In this document: positions 24,520-37,808 of the stretch, one piece after another | How positions within the stretch are numbered: the stretch's first letter is position 1 | How the letters are laid out: each line of letters opens with the position of its first letter | Assembly: GCF_902713615.1 (NCBI RefSeq) | Contig: NC_052155.1 | Coordinates: 58,399,654-58,463,653, forward strand | DNA length: 64,000 nucleotides | Source: Scyliorhinus canicula | Taxonomy: Eukaryota | Reading direction: 5' to 3' | Made by a program: the position numbers and the translations under genes | Notes under the pieces: generated by a model | What the model was told of the DNA's origin: nothing | What the model saw: only the letters and a program-made list of their open reading frames with translations | Databases searched by the model: none

Positions 24520-24742
24520 CCCGGGGGGGGGGGGGGGGAGGATTTGGGGATTTATTTTCCTTTTTTAAGTGGCGCATGCTCTATCCTGTTTGGAATTTAG
24601 TGTTAATTTGCTAAACTGTATCGTTTAGAGGGTTAAGTTGTTCTGTTCTGTTGGCATGTTGCCCCTCTTTCTTTGTATTATTTTCCTTTTTGGATGGTTT
24701 TGTAAACTTATTGAAAACTTTGAATAAATACATTTTTAAAAA
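24520..24742 (+). mobile_element. Second short L1-like 3' end inside Gypsy B
   Basis: T-rich 3' UTR ending AATAAATACATTTTTAAAAA, abutting the Gypsy leader. Confidence 0.5.
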
Positions 24743-27700
24743 TGCGGCAGCTGCTGACGAGCAGGTTTCTTCGGGTTGTTCCGTTTTCCTCGTCGCCACT
24801 GTAATAAGTCCACGGAGGCAGAAGTCCCGTCTTCAGAATTCCTTTTATTTACAAACCCAACAGCTGAACAACCATGACAGTAGTCTGCTGTCTACACCGG
24901 GAGTGCAGAGGATCTTACATTCCCTGTCATATACACAGAAAGGGGTTCCGATTGGGACACTAATCAGGGAACTCGTATTCTAATTGGCCAATCTCAAAGG
25001 CCTGGCCTAAGTCATTAATTACATTAGCCATTTTGCAGTCCTCTGGGACCCTCCCTGACTACAGTGCTTCCTGAAAGATCACCACCAATGGCTCTAAAAT
25101 CTCATCAGCTATCTTCTTCAGAGTACTGGAGTGTAGTCCATCCGGTCCGGGTGATCTATTTACCTTCGGACCCTTCAGCTTCCCCAGCACCTTCTCCTTA
25201 GTGATGGCCATTACACTCACCTCTACCCTGACTCCCTTGAAGTTCTAGTATGCCACTGGTGTCCTCCACTGTGACGACTGATGAAAAGTACCTATTCAGT
25301 TCCTCTGACATTTCTTTTTTCCCCGTTACTACTTCTGCAGCCTCATTTTCCTGTGGTCCAATGTCCATTCTTGCCTCTCTCCTACCTTTTATATATCGAA
25401 AAAAACTCTTGCAATCTTCTTCTGTATTACTAGCTAGCTTATAGATTATCCAATCTCTCTTCATAACTTAAATATTAAACTTTGATTTTCTAATTTTCCG
25501 TACAACTGAACCCTCCCTCCCCACTGTTTAGTTTAAACCCCTATCTACAGCCCTGGTTATGCGATTCACATGACGCTGGTCCCAGCATGGTTCAGGTGAA
25601 GACCATCCCATCAGAACAGCTCCCTCCTTCCCCAGTGTTGGTGCCAATGTCCCATGAATTCAAACCCATTTCTCCCACACCAACCTTTGAACCACCCATT
25701 TATCTCTTTGATCTTATTGATCCTTTGCCAATTAGCTTGTGGCTCAGGCAGTATTCTGGAAATTATAACGTTTTTGGTTCTGCTTTTTCATTTAGCCCCT
25801 AGTTGCTCATATTCCTTCAGCAGAACCTCTATCCTTGTCCTACTTATGTCGTTGGTACCTACGTGGACAATGACAACTGGATCTTTACCCTCCCACTTCA
25901 AGTTCCTCTGCAGCCCAGATGAGATATCCTGAACCCGAGCACCAGGTAGTCAACACAACCTTCAGGACTCTTGATCCTCCTGGTCACAGGGACCAGTGTC
26001 TATGCTCACAACTAGACTATCCCCTATTATGACTACATTTCTTTTCTCTCCCCCCACTCCCTATACCACAGTGTTGTGATCAGTTTGCTTATTCACCCCA
26101 CAGTTCCTGCTCTCATCCGCCCAGGGAGTAAGAATCTTGAGCCTATTGGACATGAAGGACTTAGGCTCCTACAACCCTACCTCCTGGATCCTTCTACCAG
26201 TCTCACTCATTGGCACACCCTGCTGTCCCTGACCACTGACCAAATTCAAGGTAGTTAATCTGAGAGGTGTGACTGACTCCTGAAATACAGTGTCCAGGTA
26301 ACTCTCCCCCTCCCTGATGTGTCGCAGTATACAAAACTCATCAAATCTGAAAGAAGATTCCTCATGCAACCAACACTTGCTACAGATGTGTTCACTAGCA
26401 ACCACAATGGGGTCCACCAGTTCCTACATCATGCTGGTACAACACAACACCTGGCCCTGCATCTCTATTTTGTTTACTTAGTTTTTAATTTGAAATGAAA
26501 ATCGCTTATTGTCACGAGTAGGCTTCAATGAAGTTACTGTGAAAAGCCCCTAGTCACCACATTCCAGCGCCTGTTCGCCTGTTTGTTTCTTTAATTTAAA
26601 CTTCCAGCTGGTTTTTAATCTTTCTAATCTGAAAGATATTTCTCTATCTTTAATCAGAAATCAGAATTTAGAATAGTTAATGCAAATTAGCTGTTACTTA
26701 CCAGCTTTGGGTTTCCTATGATGTCACTCCTGGATTGCTTTTCAAACTCAGCCTCCTGCCCGGAGGTGTCCCTCTCAGCTCCTGCTCTTTTTAAATCTCC
26801 GCTCCCCAACTTCTCTAAGCTCCATTCTTACCTTAACTCCCGCACTCAGAGCAAAATGGCACTCTGCATAAAGATCTTTCTTCTTTGGGTGGGATAGTTT
26901 CCTTGGCCAAAACCTGTTCTATCTACACACCAACAAGTGGTCAGTGGCAGTCAGATGAGGACACTGTTAAAGTTTGTACCCGGTCACCTTGTGGCATGGT
27001 TTTGCTTGGAAGCAGCTGTTTTTCACGCAAAGTCCATGAAAGAAGCAATCTCTGTCCATTTTTGTTCATCTTGCAAATTCCCTAGTGCTCTACGCATGTT
27101 GGCCAATCTGCGTAGTTAGTACCTGCCCTTGTGTTGAAGTCCCCTAGAAGCTACAGTTATTCGGTACTGGGAGTTCTGCTGATGGGAGCATCAGTTGCCT
27201 CATAGAATTGATCTTGACATCTGGGATGGAGGTGCACATTGAGCCACAGATGCACATGAGACTAACTGGGCCCACGCTTCTTGACTAGTGAAGAGTAAGA
27301 AGTCTCTCTCAGTGATCTATGGGGGTGTAATCATCAATTTTTAGCCAATCATTTTACTGCAAAAACCATTCTATTCTCACGTCTTGCCACTTGAATTTGC
27401 CTCTACCAGAAGCACATGTATTGTTTATCTTTAAGGGATCCACTTTGAGCGAGCCCAATTTCTTGAAGCACAGCAATGTCCAGATTGAGCCTTGGAGGTT
27501 CTTTGTTGATTACAGCTGTCTTGGGTATATCATCAACCTGCAGATGGTTGTTGGTATGGTCAGGACTCATGGTCCTTACATTCCAGCTTGCAATGCGAAA
27601 GACTGGTGCCTTCTTTGTTGAGCTTGTCTTGTCTGGTACAGAGATTAGTAACCTACCTGTCAAGTGATGACTCTGTAAGCTCTAAGCACCCATTGAGTCA

Positions 27701-28330
27701 AGCAGGCCATAGCACAGTAACACCTAACCGACGGGGAGCTACCCAGTTTGGGGCAGGTGGTAGCTATTCAATAACAAAAGATGATCTACCCCATCATTGG
27801 AAGTAACCCTTGGTGGTCATGCTCTACACCAATCGGGCAAGAGCTTATAATCAGTAACTGTTTCTTCTCATGCTATGCCAACATAAACCACAGAGCTGTT
27901 CTGGGAAAATAGTATGGAGACCCTGAGTTGCCCAAGCATCATGACCTCCCCCGCCTTGCCTCATGTTGACATAGGCCAAAGGAAAGGATGAAACCAGTAC
28001 TGTTCTGCTGCAGGTGTTTCTGGAAAACTGTCTGATAGATGGCAGGATCCAACCCGGGTCTTTGGTGCAGTCGGGCAGCAGTGCTAACCACTGCGCCATC
28101 CTCCATGTTGCCAATCTTGCATGTGGATTTAGAGCCTAGTGTCCTGGGGGCCATATTCAGGGTGTCGGACTTACTGGAGTCGCAAATGAATGCGAGAGCA
28201 GATGTTTTAACCTTTGCTTTGTCGATCACTTGCAGGCAGGTCTCTTGGGCTGGAGGTCAGCTTCTCCACCCTATGCATCAGTGTGGCTGGGGGATCTAAT
28301 GGAATTCTTCTATTTGGAGAAGGTGAAATT

Positions 28331-28366
<36 letters not shown>

Positions 28367-28919
28367 GGCGAGTGAAGCGTTCCACAAGAGATGGGGTTTG
28401 CTTGTATTGCATTTCGGGTAGCTGTTTGCCGCCATCTGCTAGGGGGGAAGAGGAGGGGCCTTAGATGGGGAGACGGGGGAGGAGGGCGATCAGGTCATGC
28501 AAGGCTGGGTCTTGGGAGGGCCATCGGGTTGCGTCGGGTTGGCTGGGCCTTGGGGCGAGGGAGGGGGTTAGATTGGGCCTGGGTTGTGTAGTCAGGGGTT
28601 GGGGGAAATTCCAAGGGTGGGGGGTTGGGGAAGTTCCATGGGAGGGGTCCCAGAGGGCGGTTCGGGGAGTCTTGTGGAGGGCGGGGCCGTTCGACCCAAC
28701 CCGACCACCACCCCTAAATTTGACCAACTTAGCTTATGCATTTACATTCCCCCAGGCTTGTCAATGACCTATAAACCATTTAAACCTACCTGGTTTACCA
28801 CAGCCAGTGCTGTAAAAACAGGGCATGGCTTACTTACCTGGAACTCTACAGCCCTCGACCTAATTTGCCACTTCACTTTTGCTAGCTCAGCTTTCATGCC
28901 CTCATAAATGCTCTTATTA

Positions 28920-29155
28920 GGGCAGCACGGTGGCCTAGTGGTTAGCACAACCGCCTCACGGCGCTGAGGTCCCAGGTTCGATCCCGGCTCTGGGTCACTG
29001 TCCGTGTGGAGTTTGCACATTCTCCCTGTGTCTGCGTGGGTTTCGCCCCCACAACCCAAAAATGTGCAGAGTAGGTGGATTGGCCACGCTAAATTGCCCC
29101 TTAATTGGAAAAAAATAATTGGGTAATCTAAATTTAAAAAAAAAAAATAAAAATA
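28920..29155 (+). mobile_element. HE1-like SINE, poly(A)-tail type
   Basis: 15-bp TSD ATAAATGCTCTTATT. Confidence 0.9.
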
Positions 29156-29949
29156 AATAAATGCTCTTATTTAAGTTTAAAATACCAGTTTTGGACCCAC
29201 CCTTCTCCCCCTCAAACTGAATGTAAAATTCAGTATAGGGGCACCTTCACCATTAAGTAATTAATTAAACATACTCAATCACTGAGCCTCCATAAACCTC
29301 AGGGGTGAGAATTCCAAAGATTTACCACGACTAAAGAAATTCCTCCTCATCTCGGTTACTAGATGTCCCATAGAGCCATAGATGTTTACAGCATGAAAAC
29401 ATGCTGTTCGGCCTAGCTTGTCCATGTTGCCCAGTTTCTATCACTAAGCTAGTCCCACTTGGCCCATATCCCTCTATACCCACCCTGCCCATGTAACTGT
29501 CTAACTGCTTTTATAAAGGAAAAAATTGTACCCGCCTATAACACTGCTTCTGGCAGCTCATTCCAGATGCTCACCACCCTCTGTGTGAAAAAATCCCCCC
29601 CATGGTCTCTTTTGTATCTGTCCCCTCTCACCTTAAACCTATTCCTTCCAGTTTTAGACTCCTCTACCTTTGTGAAAAGAAACGCCAGCATCTCCACATT
29701 TTGGGAAAAGATGTTGACTATCTACCTCATCTATGCTCATTATTTTATAGACTACTATAAGATCACCCCTAAGCCTTCTACGCTCCATAGAAAAAAAGTC
29801 CCAGCCTATCCATCCTCTCCTTATAACTCAGACACCATCAAGTCCTGGTAACATCCTCGTAAATCTCTCCTGGCTCTAGACCCACCGCCAGATAAGGGAA
29901 ACATCCTTCCTGCATCCATCCTGTTGAGCCTACTTCTTATTATTTTGTG

Positions 29950-30200
29950 ATGGTAGGAGGGCCTTAGAATGTGGAATTTCCCCACTGAGCCTCTGCTGTC
30001 ACGTGTCCCTCAGCATGTAGTCTTGGACCTTTGGAATGTGCCAGTCAACAACACTTGCTCGTCTACAGCTCTTTGCAAACAGCATCTCTCATTGAGTTGA
30101 TAGTCCTCCAGCGGCAGTCCACGTTCATCTCTGTGTAGGTCCCTGGATCAGCTGTGGAGAGTGCTGCCTTATGGAGCTGCAGGGGATAAATCCTGACAAA
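29950..30200 (-). mobile_element. Tx1-like LINE 3' remnant
   Basis: LSGFIP..., PKVQDYMLRD on the minus strand. Confidence 0.55.
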
Positions 30201-30348
30201 ATATTGCACTGCTTTTCATACCTGCTTTTCAAATAAGGCACAGTAAGCCGTAGCCATGGAAAGTAGTTGAACACGTAATATTGTGGAACAAGTACCATAT
30301 AAGTGTGGCAGAGTTGAAAAGTGCATTTGAGCCTTGACTCGAAAGAGT

Positions 30349-30388
30349 TGCGCATGCGCATCATGTCGCGCTTCGGGAAGGCGGGAAA
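30349..30388 (+). promoter_or_regulatory. RAD54B proximal promoter: NRF1 palindrome and E2F-type site
   Basis: Perfect TGCGCATGCGCA (30349-30360) and GGCGGGAAA (30380-30388), 150-190 nt upstream of the ATG, in a local CpG patch. Confidence 0.65.
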
Positions 30389-30540
30389 GACAAAAGGAAG
30401 GAGCTGCATTATTACCCCATCAATCGGCTGGAGTAACAGAAGTGGTCGCTCACCAGAGGCGCTCTTTAACCATAGGATTTAATTTATTTATTGACCACCC
30501 ACTTATTCCTCTTCCGGTGTCAAAGTGATAACTGTTTGAA

Positions 30541-30666
30541 ATGAGAAGATCTGCAGCTCCCAGTCAGCTCAGCGGCAACGCAGCAAAGAAATTCAGGTTC
30601 ATCCCACCTGGGAAAACCTATCGGGAGCCTGTTTCAGGAGCCACCAGACTCCAGGAGAGGAACGAG
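30541..30666 (+). CDS. RAD54B: RAD54B first coding exon (DNA repair and recombination protein RAD54B, N-terminus)
   Basis: Translates MRRSAAPSQLSGNAAKKFRFIPPGK..., matching the vertebrate RAD54B start (human MRRSAAPSQLQGNSFKKPKFIPPGR). Candidate acceptor AG at 30524-25; donor GAG|GTACAA after 30666; 126 nt, phase 0. Confidence 0.92.
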
Positions 30667-31080
30667 GTACAAATAAGACACACTTTAGTTAGGGCTACTG
30701 GGCACCGGCATTGTGAACCGACATGGGCGAAGTTTAAGGGATTGATTTAGAAAAGTCAATCGTAGGTTCTGGCAATATGAGATAGTTTTCTTATTATTTC
30801 ATTCATATTAGAACAGCCTGATCATTAACTCCTAAAATCCATACTTTAAAAATCTTTCCGAGGAAATGCATTTTCTCTCCAGAAGGATTGCTTCCTATTG
30901 CCACGTTTTTGATTTTTGCTTCACTGCCCGTGTTTATTGTTGATGTTTATGTCTTGTTCATATTTTTAATGTCCTGTTTATTTGTTAATTGCAATATCCA
31001 GATTTCCCATTTCTGTGTAATGTCAAGGTGCAGTTGCAGGCTGTGGTTGAGTTCTGATGTCTTTCCCAACTCCTCTGCTA

Positions 31081-31415
31081 ATAGAATTTCATAGAATTTA
31101 CAGTGCAGAAGGAGGCCATTTGGCCCATCGAGACTGCACCGACTCTTGGAAAGAGCATCCCACTTAAGCCTACACCTCTACCCTATCCCCGTAAACCAGA
31201 AACCCCACCTAACCTAAGGGCAATTTAGCATAGCCAATCCACCTAACCCACACATCTTTGGACTGTGGGAGGAAACCGGAGCACCTGGGGGAAACCCACC
31301 CAGACGCGGGGAGAACATGCAGCCTCTGCACAGACAGTGACCTAAGCGGGGAATCGAACCTGAAACCCTGGAGCTGTGAAGCAACTGTGCAAACCATTGT
31401 GCTACTGTGCTGCCC
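31081..31415 (-). mobile_element. HE1-like SINE
   Basis: Family body and TTCTATG tail. Confidence 0.85.
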
Positions 31416-31637
31416 TAATATGTTTGCATGTTTGTAAAACTTTAATTTTTAAAGACTGACTGGTAATGCTACAAGCAACTTTACCTTTTTGAGGGAAGTT
31501 GGGTTTGGCAATGAATGCTGGCAATGCCAGCGACAATCATTTCCAATGAATAACAGTGGCTTCTGCCTCTTTCTTCACTTCACCTCCCAGGCCAAGTGGG
31601 CTAAGTTGCCTCCAAGGTTCTCCTGTGTCCGAACCTT

Positions 31638-32210
31638 ATCATAGAATCATAGAAATACAGTGCAGAAGGAGTCCATTCAGCCCATCGAGTCTTCACCGGC
31701 CCTTGGAAAGAGCACCCTCCACCCTATTCCCATAAGCCAGTAACCCTACCTAACCTTTTGGCTACTAAGGGGCAATTTAGCATGGCCAATCCACCTAACT
31801 TGCACATCTTTGGACTGTGGGAGGAAACCGGAGCACCCGGAGGAAACACATACAGGCATGGGAAGAAAGTGCAAACTCCAAACTGACAGTTCTCCGAGGC
31901 TGGAACTGAACCCAGGTCCCTGGAGCTGTGAGGCATCAATGCTAACCACGGGCAGCACGGTGGCCTAGTGGTTAGCACAACCACCTCGCGGCGCTGAGGT
32001 CCCAGGTTCGATCCCGGCTCTGGGTCACTGTCCGTGTGGAGTTTGCACATTCTCCCCGTGTCTGCGTGGGTTTCGCCCCCACAACCCAAAAAATGTGCAG
32101 AGTAGGTGGATTGGCCACGCTAAATTGCCCCTTAATTGGATAAAATAATTGGGTAATCTAAATTTATAAAAAAAAAAATCAATGCTAACCACTGTGCCAT
32201 GTGCTGCCCT
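31638..32210 (-). mobile_element. HE1-like SINE containing a poly(A)-type SINE (31950-32177, +)
   Basis: Inner element flanked by 15-bp TSD ATCAATGCTAACCAC. Confidence 0.88.
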
Positions 32211-33758
32211 AACCTTTACTCGCGCCTTCCTCCAGTTTCTCTCCTATCACCCCTCATGCCATCTTGAGCTCATCCTTTCCAGTATATGCAACCCCTGCTC
32301 CTTTGATTCTATTCCCACGAAAACTCTCGACCCCCCATCTTCCTGACTTCCAGGTTGGCTGATATTGTAAATTATTTTAACCTCTTCTGGTTTTGCCCAC
32401 CACCGTTGTAAATCTGACATCTCCACCACTTTCCTTTTTAAAAAAGGCCTTTGACCCCTCCGTCCTTGGAAACTATTGTGCCATCTACAATCTCTGAAGA
32501 CCCCTTGACAGCCCCATCCAAAAACACACTGACAGGTTCACCTATATACTGACAATACCCAGCGCTCTCTGTCTCTCTCTCTCTGTCTCTCGCACATCAC
32601 TGTCAATAAATTGTCACACTGTTTTCCCAATGTTCAGTACTGGGTGAGCAGAAAATTCCTGTCAACTAAAGATTGGGAAGACCGAAGCCATTGTCTTCAC
32701 TCCTCACCATTTTGGAATAAATTAACTTTGCGCTAATAAATGTAAGCTTATCCTAAACTCTGCTCCTCAAATCCTGACTCACACCAAACCCCATTTATTG
32801 ATCAACTCTGTGCTTGCCGGCCTGCGTTGGCTTTGGGTTAAGCAATAATGGGGGAAGAAGCTGAAGCCAACTAGCAATATAAATCAAGATTGCAAGAGTA
32901 TTTTTCGTTGTATAAAAGGTAAGAGAAGGCAAGAAAGGACATTGGACCACTGGAAAATGAGACTGGAGAAGTAGTAACGGGGAACAAAGATATCTAGAGG
33001 AACTGACTAGATACTTACATCAATCTTCACAGTGGAAGACACCAGTGGCATACCAGAACTTTAGGAGAGTAAGGGGGCAGAGGTGACTGTAGTGGCCATC
33101 ACTAAGGAGAAGGTGCTGGGAAACTGAAAGGTCTGATCGTGGGTAAATCACCTGGACCGGATGGACTACACCCCAGGGTTCTGAAGGTGATAGCTGAGGA
33201 AATTGTGGAGGCATTTATGGTGATCTTTCAGGAATCACTGGAGCCAGAGCCCAAAGGCCTGGAAAGTGGCTCTATGTCATCAGTGGGAAATGGGAAGCCT
33301 GACATATTGATATAGAGTGGTAGGCTTTGGGTGTTTGTGAATCCCATATATTAAGTTCCTTCCCTCAATTACTTTGTCAGGGATGTGGAATCACTAGTCG
33401 CTCTGTTAACCTGCCACATATCTGATGTCAAACCTGAGTTCTTTTTGACCCAGTGCATTAATTGCCATACGTATATATATTTGTCATTGGCCAGGCCAGC
33501 AATTATTGCCCATCCCTAATTACCCTTGAGAAGGCGGTGGTGAGCTGCCTTCTTAACTACTGCAGTCCATGTGGTGTAGGTACATCCTACAGAATGATGT
33601 TGGGAAGGGTGTTCCAAGATTTTGGCCCAACGAAAGAACAGTTAGGATGGTGTGTGGCTTGGAGGGGTACTTGCAGGTGGCGGTGTTGCCGTGCCTCCGC
33701 CCTTGTCGTTCTATATGGTAGACGTAGTGGGTTTGGAAGATGCCGACAAAGAAGCCTT

Positions 33759-33982
33759 TTTAAAAGTAAAATAAAACCAATTCATTTTTATTTACCAATT
33801 AAGAAGGAATTTAGCGTGGCCAATCCACCTACCCTGCACATTATTGGGTTGTGGAGGTGAAACACACGCAGACACGGGGAGAATGTGAAAATTCCACATG
33901 GACAGTGACCCGGGGCTGGAATCGAACCTGTGTCCTCGGTGCCGCAAGGCAACAATGCTAACCACTGCACCACCATGCCACC
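33759..33982 (-). mobile_element. HE1-like SINE, poly(A)-tail type
   Basis: TSD CAAAGAAGCCTT. Confidence 0.8.
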
Positions 33983-34699
33983 CACTGTCAAAGAAGCCTT
34001 GATGAGTTTTGTAGATGGTACACACCGGTGCCACTGTGTGTCAGTGGAGGAGGGAGTGAATATTTAAGGTGGTAGATGGGGTTTTAAAAAAAATATATGT
34101 ACAGGATGTCGGCGTTGCTGGTTAGGCCAGCATTTATTGCCCATCGCTAGTTGCTCTTCAGGTGTTGGTGAGTTGGCTTCTTGAACCTTGCAGTCCTTGA
34201 GGTGTAGGTAGATCCACTGCTGTCTAAGGAACCTTGATGAGTTACTGCAGTGCATCTTGTAGATGGTACACACGGCTGCCACTGTGGTTGCATACAATTC
34301 TGCTGCTGCTGATGACCCACAGTGACTCATGGATGCCCTGTCTTGAGTTACTAGATCTGTTCGAAGTCTACCCCACTTAGCAAGGTAGTAGTGCTACACA
34401 ACACTATCCTCAATGTGCGGTGGCCACTTTTACTGATACTGTCATGGACAGATGCATCTGCAACAGGCAGATTGGTGAGGATGAGTCAAAGCTTGTTTCT
34501 CCCTCTTTTGGTTCCCTCACCACCTGCTGCAGTCCCCGTCTAGCAGCTATGTCCTTTAGCATCCGGCCAGCTCTGACCCCCTCCTACACCCGTTCTGTTG
34601 CTGCCCTCTCTGTCTCCTCCTCACCCTCACTGCTGCCTTCGCCCCTACCTTCCTATGAGCTAGCTCCCTCACTCGTAGCGAGACAGTGCAGTCCTGTGC

Positions 34700-36050
34700 A
34701 AAATTGTCCATGCTGTCACCTTTTCTCTGTATTACCTGCACCGCTTCCTTGTTTGCCTTTTGTCCAGTCCATTTGCACAGATGAACTTGTCTGCCTCTTC
34801 CGTGGTGGTAAAATAATGTCCCTTATTCTGATATGTCATCCAGAGCCTGGCTGGGAATAACACCCAGAACTTAACATTGCTTTTGTATAGTGCTGACTTC
34901 ATGTTGTTGAATTCAGCCCTGCGGTTTGCCAGATCCGCCCCCGTGTCCTGGTATACCCTTATCCTGTGTCCCTCCGAACTGCTTGCATTTGTCTGCCGAG
35001 CCCAATGCAGGACCTTCTCCCAATCCTGGTACCTGTACAGATTGGCTATTATCGCCCTCGGCTGCTCCCCGGCTTTGACTTTGATCGGAGTGACCTATGT
35101 TCCCTGTTGATCTCTGGTGGCTTGGTAAAGCTATCCCATCCAACCAAGTTGTCCAGCCTCTGGGCCGCGTAGTCGATTGGGCCTCTGCCCTAAATTCCTT
35201 CTGGCAGGCCCACTATTCAAATGTTTTGTCGCCTGGATTGGTTCTCTTGGTCTTCAACCTTCCCTTTCAGGCTCCCTTGGGTCTGCACCAACCTCTTTAT
35301 CTCGGTTGCCCTGATCCATCGATGCCCGAGGGTGGCATGGTAGCACGGTGGTTAGCACTGTTGCTTCACAGCGCAAGGGTCCCAGGTGTGATTCCCGGCT
35401 TGGGTCACTGTCTGTGCGGAATCTGCACATTCTCCCCATGTCTGCGTGGGCTTACTCCGGATGCTCCAGTTTACTCCCACAAGTCCTGAAAGATGCGCTT
35501 GTTCAGTGATTTGGACATTCTGAATTCTCCCTCTGTGTACCCGAACAAGTGCCGGAGTGTGGCGACCAGGGAAATTTCACAGTTTCTTCATTGCAGTGTT
35601 AATATAAGCCTAATAAAGATTATTATTATTATTTTTGGATTGTTTTGCCCTGGGCCTCCAGCTTCCTTCTCATCCCATCCAGCATCGTCTGCATGGCACC
35701 AGCGCCTCTGTCACCCTGACTGCTTTTGGATCTCTACCTTGATCTCTTCTTTTATTGCAGTCAGTTCCTTAGTTAGCAATGTCTTTCATCCATCTCCCAG
35801 TAGGGGGCAGGGGAGGAGGAGGAGAGCGGGAGCCCACTATCTAAGTCTCATGTCTCCCTCTCTTGGGTGGCCAGGGACACCGCCTCGTGGGTCCACCAAC
35901 CCGCTCTCTTGCTGCTCAGCCCTTTTCCGCCGTTTCTGGCTTCCTTGCAGCCTCTTGAGCGACTAGTTCATGGCAAACTTTCCTTCTTCCATATCTCCGA
36001 GGGCGAAGGCTAAATTTGGCCAAAAGTGCCTATTTTACTGTGTTCTGGAC
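34700..36050 (-). mobile_element. L1-clade ORF1 remnant (interrupted by a SINE)
   Basis: Minus frame PRAIIANLYRYQD.EKVLHWAR...IRVYQD.GADLANRRAEFN. Confidence 0.65.
35330..35632 (+). mobile_element. Hybrid SINE: HE1-like head with the tail of the 4144-type family
   Basis: Head TGGTAGCACGGTGGTTAGC...CTGCGTGGG; tail GGAGTGTGGCGACCAGGGAAATTTCACAGT...(ATT)n. Confidence 0.7.
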
Positions 36051-36069
36051 GAGAGCCACTTGGCAGTCT

Positions 36070-37255
36070 TGGAGCATTGTATGCAGTTTTAATTTCCTTC
36101 TCTGAGGAAGGATGTTCTTGCTCTCGAGGTAGTGCAGCGAAGGTTTACCAGACTGATGCCAGGGATGGCGGGACTGTCACATGAAGAGTGATTGATTAGG
36201 TTGGGATTGTTCTTGCTGGAGTTCAGAAGAATGAGGGGGGATCTCATAGAGACTTATAAAATTCTAACAGGACTCGACAGGGTAGATGCAGGGAAGGTGT
36301 TACCAATGATGGGTTTGTCCAGAACCAGGGGTCACAGGATTCAGGGTAAACCATTTCAGACAGGGATAAGGAGACACTTCTTCACAGAGTGGTGAGCTTG
36401 TGGAATTCATTGCCACAGGAAGTAGTTGATGCTAAAACTTAGAATATATTCAAGAGACGGCTGGATATAGCACTTGGGGAGAATGGGATCAAAGGCTATG
36501 GGGAGAAAGCAGGATTAGGCTATTGAGTTGGATGATCAGCCATGATTGTGATGAATGGCGGAGCAGGCTCGAAGGGTCAAAAGGCCTCCTATTTTCTATG
36601 TATCTATGTAGGGGCTGGTTTAGCACACTGGGCTAAATCGCTGGCTTTTAAAGCGCGCCAATGCAGGCCAGCAGCACGGTTCGATTCCCGTACCAGCCTC
36701 TCCGAACAGGCGCCGGAATGTGGTGACTGGGGCTTTTCACAGTAACTTCTTTGAAGCCTACTCGTGACAATAAGCGGTTTTTATTTCATTTTTTATGTAT
36801 ATGATATGCGACTATCAGCACATCTCCGTCAACGGAAGTCAATCAGCTGATTCTTGAGCTGAAGGGATTTGTCCTCTGAGGAAAGTTTGAGCAGGTTAGG
36901 CCTATACTCACTGGAGTTTAGAAGAATGAGAGGTGATCTTAATAAAAGATAAGATTCTGAGGGGCTTGTCTGGGTGGATGCCGGGAGGAGGTGGCGGAAT
37001 TTAGAACTAGGGGCACAGTTTAAATATAAGGGATCTTCCATTTCGGATGGGGATGACATTAGGTCATGGCAGAAGGTCATTAATCTTTGGAATTTGCCTG
37101 AGAGCAGTGGAGGTTGGGTCATTGAATGGATTGCCATTGAAGGGGCTGTTGTCAGGCAGGAAAGTGGAGTTACGGCCGCAATCAGATCAGATGATCTTTT
37201 TAAATGGCAAAGCAGGTTTGATGGCCAAAAGGTCTACTCCTATTTCTTGTGTTTT
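36070..37255 (+). mobile_element. Two CR1 3' fragments with an intervening SINE
   Basis: LGLFLLEFRRMRGDLIETYKIL motif twice. Confidence 0.8.
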
Positions 37256-37490
37256 TACGTAAGATCAATATTTATGCACCGTCTGTACTCTAACTCATTC
37301 TTTCTCGAGCTCTGTAATGTGAAAATCCATATTTGCTTCAGTTTTTTATTTCTTCCACAATATTACAACCCATATTTTAGTTCAAGTTGTATTGGTTCAG
37401 TAATATATGCGTACACCTGTGGTGGTGTCGTAGACCAGAGCATTGGCCTTCATCTGAATGTACCAATTTGTTTTCATGTTTCTTGTGTTA

Positions 37491-37718
37491 GGGCAGCATG
37501 GTGGCGCAGTGGTTAGCACAACCGCCTCACGGCGCTGAGGTCCCAGTTTCGATCCCGGCTCTGGGTCACTGTCCGTGTGGAGTTTGCACATTCTCCCCGT
37601 GTCTGCGTGGGTTTTGCCCCCACAACCTAAAAATGTGCAGAGTAGGTGGATTGGCCACGCTTAATTGTCCCTTAATTGGAAAAAGTAATTGGGTAATCTA
37701 AATGTATTTTTAAAAAAA
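37491..37718 (+). mobile_element. HE1-like SINE, poly(A)-tail type
   Basis: TSD ATGTTTCTYGTGTTA. Confidence 0.88.
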
Positions 37719-37808
37719 ATGTTTCTCGTGTTAACTTTAATGGCAATCAATAAAAATAAGTTGGTTGTGAGGTGATTTCGATTTATTTTATTACCTTTTT
37801 TATTTTAG

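Larger units (their letters stand above)
19429..25017 (-). mobile_element. Gypsy LTR retrotransposon B (Mag-like, decayed) with L1 insertions
   Basis: LTRs 24800-25017 (5') and 19429-19650 (3'); TSD ATTAC (19424-28, 25018-22); PBS TGGCGACGAGGA (tRNA-Ser type); PPT GGCGGGGAAGGGG. Remnants of gag (MSLFGKLDSFDP; LRDRLLCGI), RT/RH (ITDHKPL, IQRWALLL) and integrase (SDNGSVFTS, YHPASNGLAERA). Confidence 0.92.
18672..26460 (-). mobile_element. CR1-clade LINE, internally deleted, split by Gypsy B
   Basis: RT motifs (SCITNLLEFFE, WQMEYNVEKCEVMHFG) at 18672-19428; sequence resumes across the TSD at 25023 (CKSFFRYIKG); ORF1-like HICSKC and esterase-like segment at 25500-26420. Confidence 0.85.
11330..27900 (-). 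mobile_element. Old RTE-clade LINE fragmented by later insertions (pieces about 11330-12590, 18393-18670, 26870-27900)
   Basis: Endonuclease start RIASWNVRTM...LDIAVLQE (27400-27660); linker RNADWFEA (18385-18582); RT QGCILA and DDAAL-like (11500-11900). All minus strand and collinear. Confidence 0.75.
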
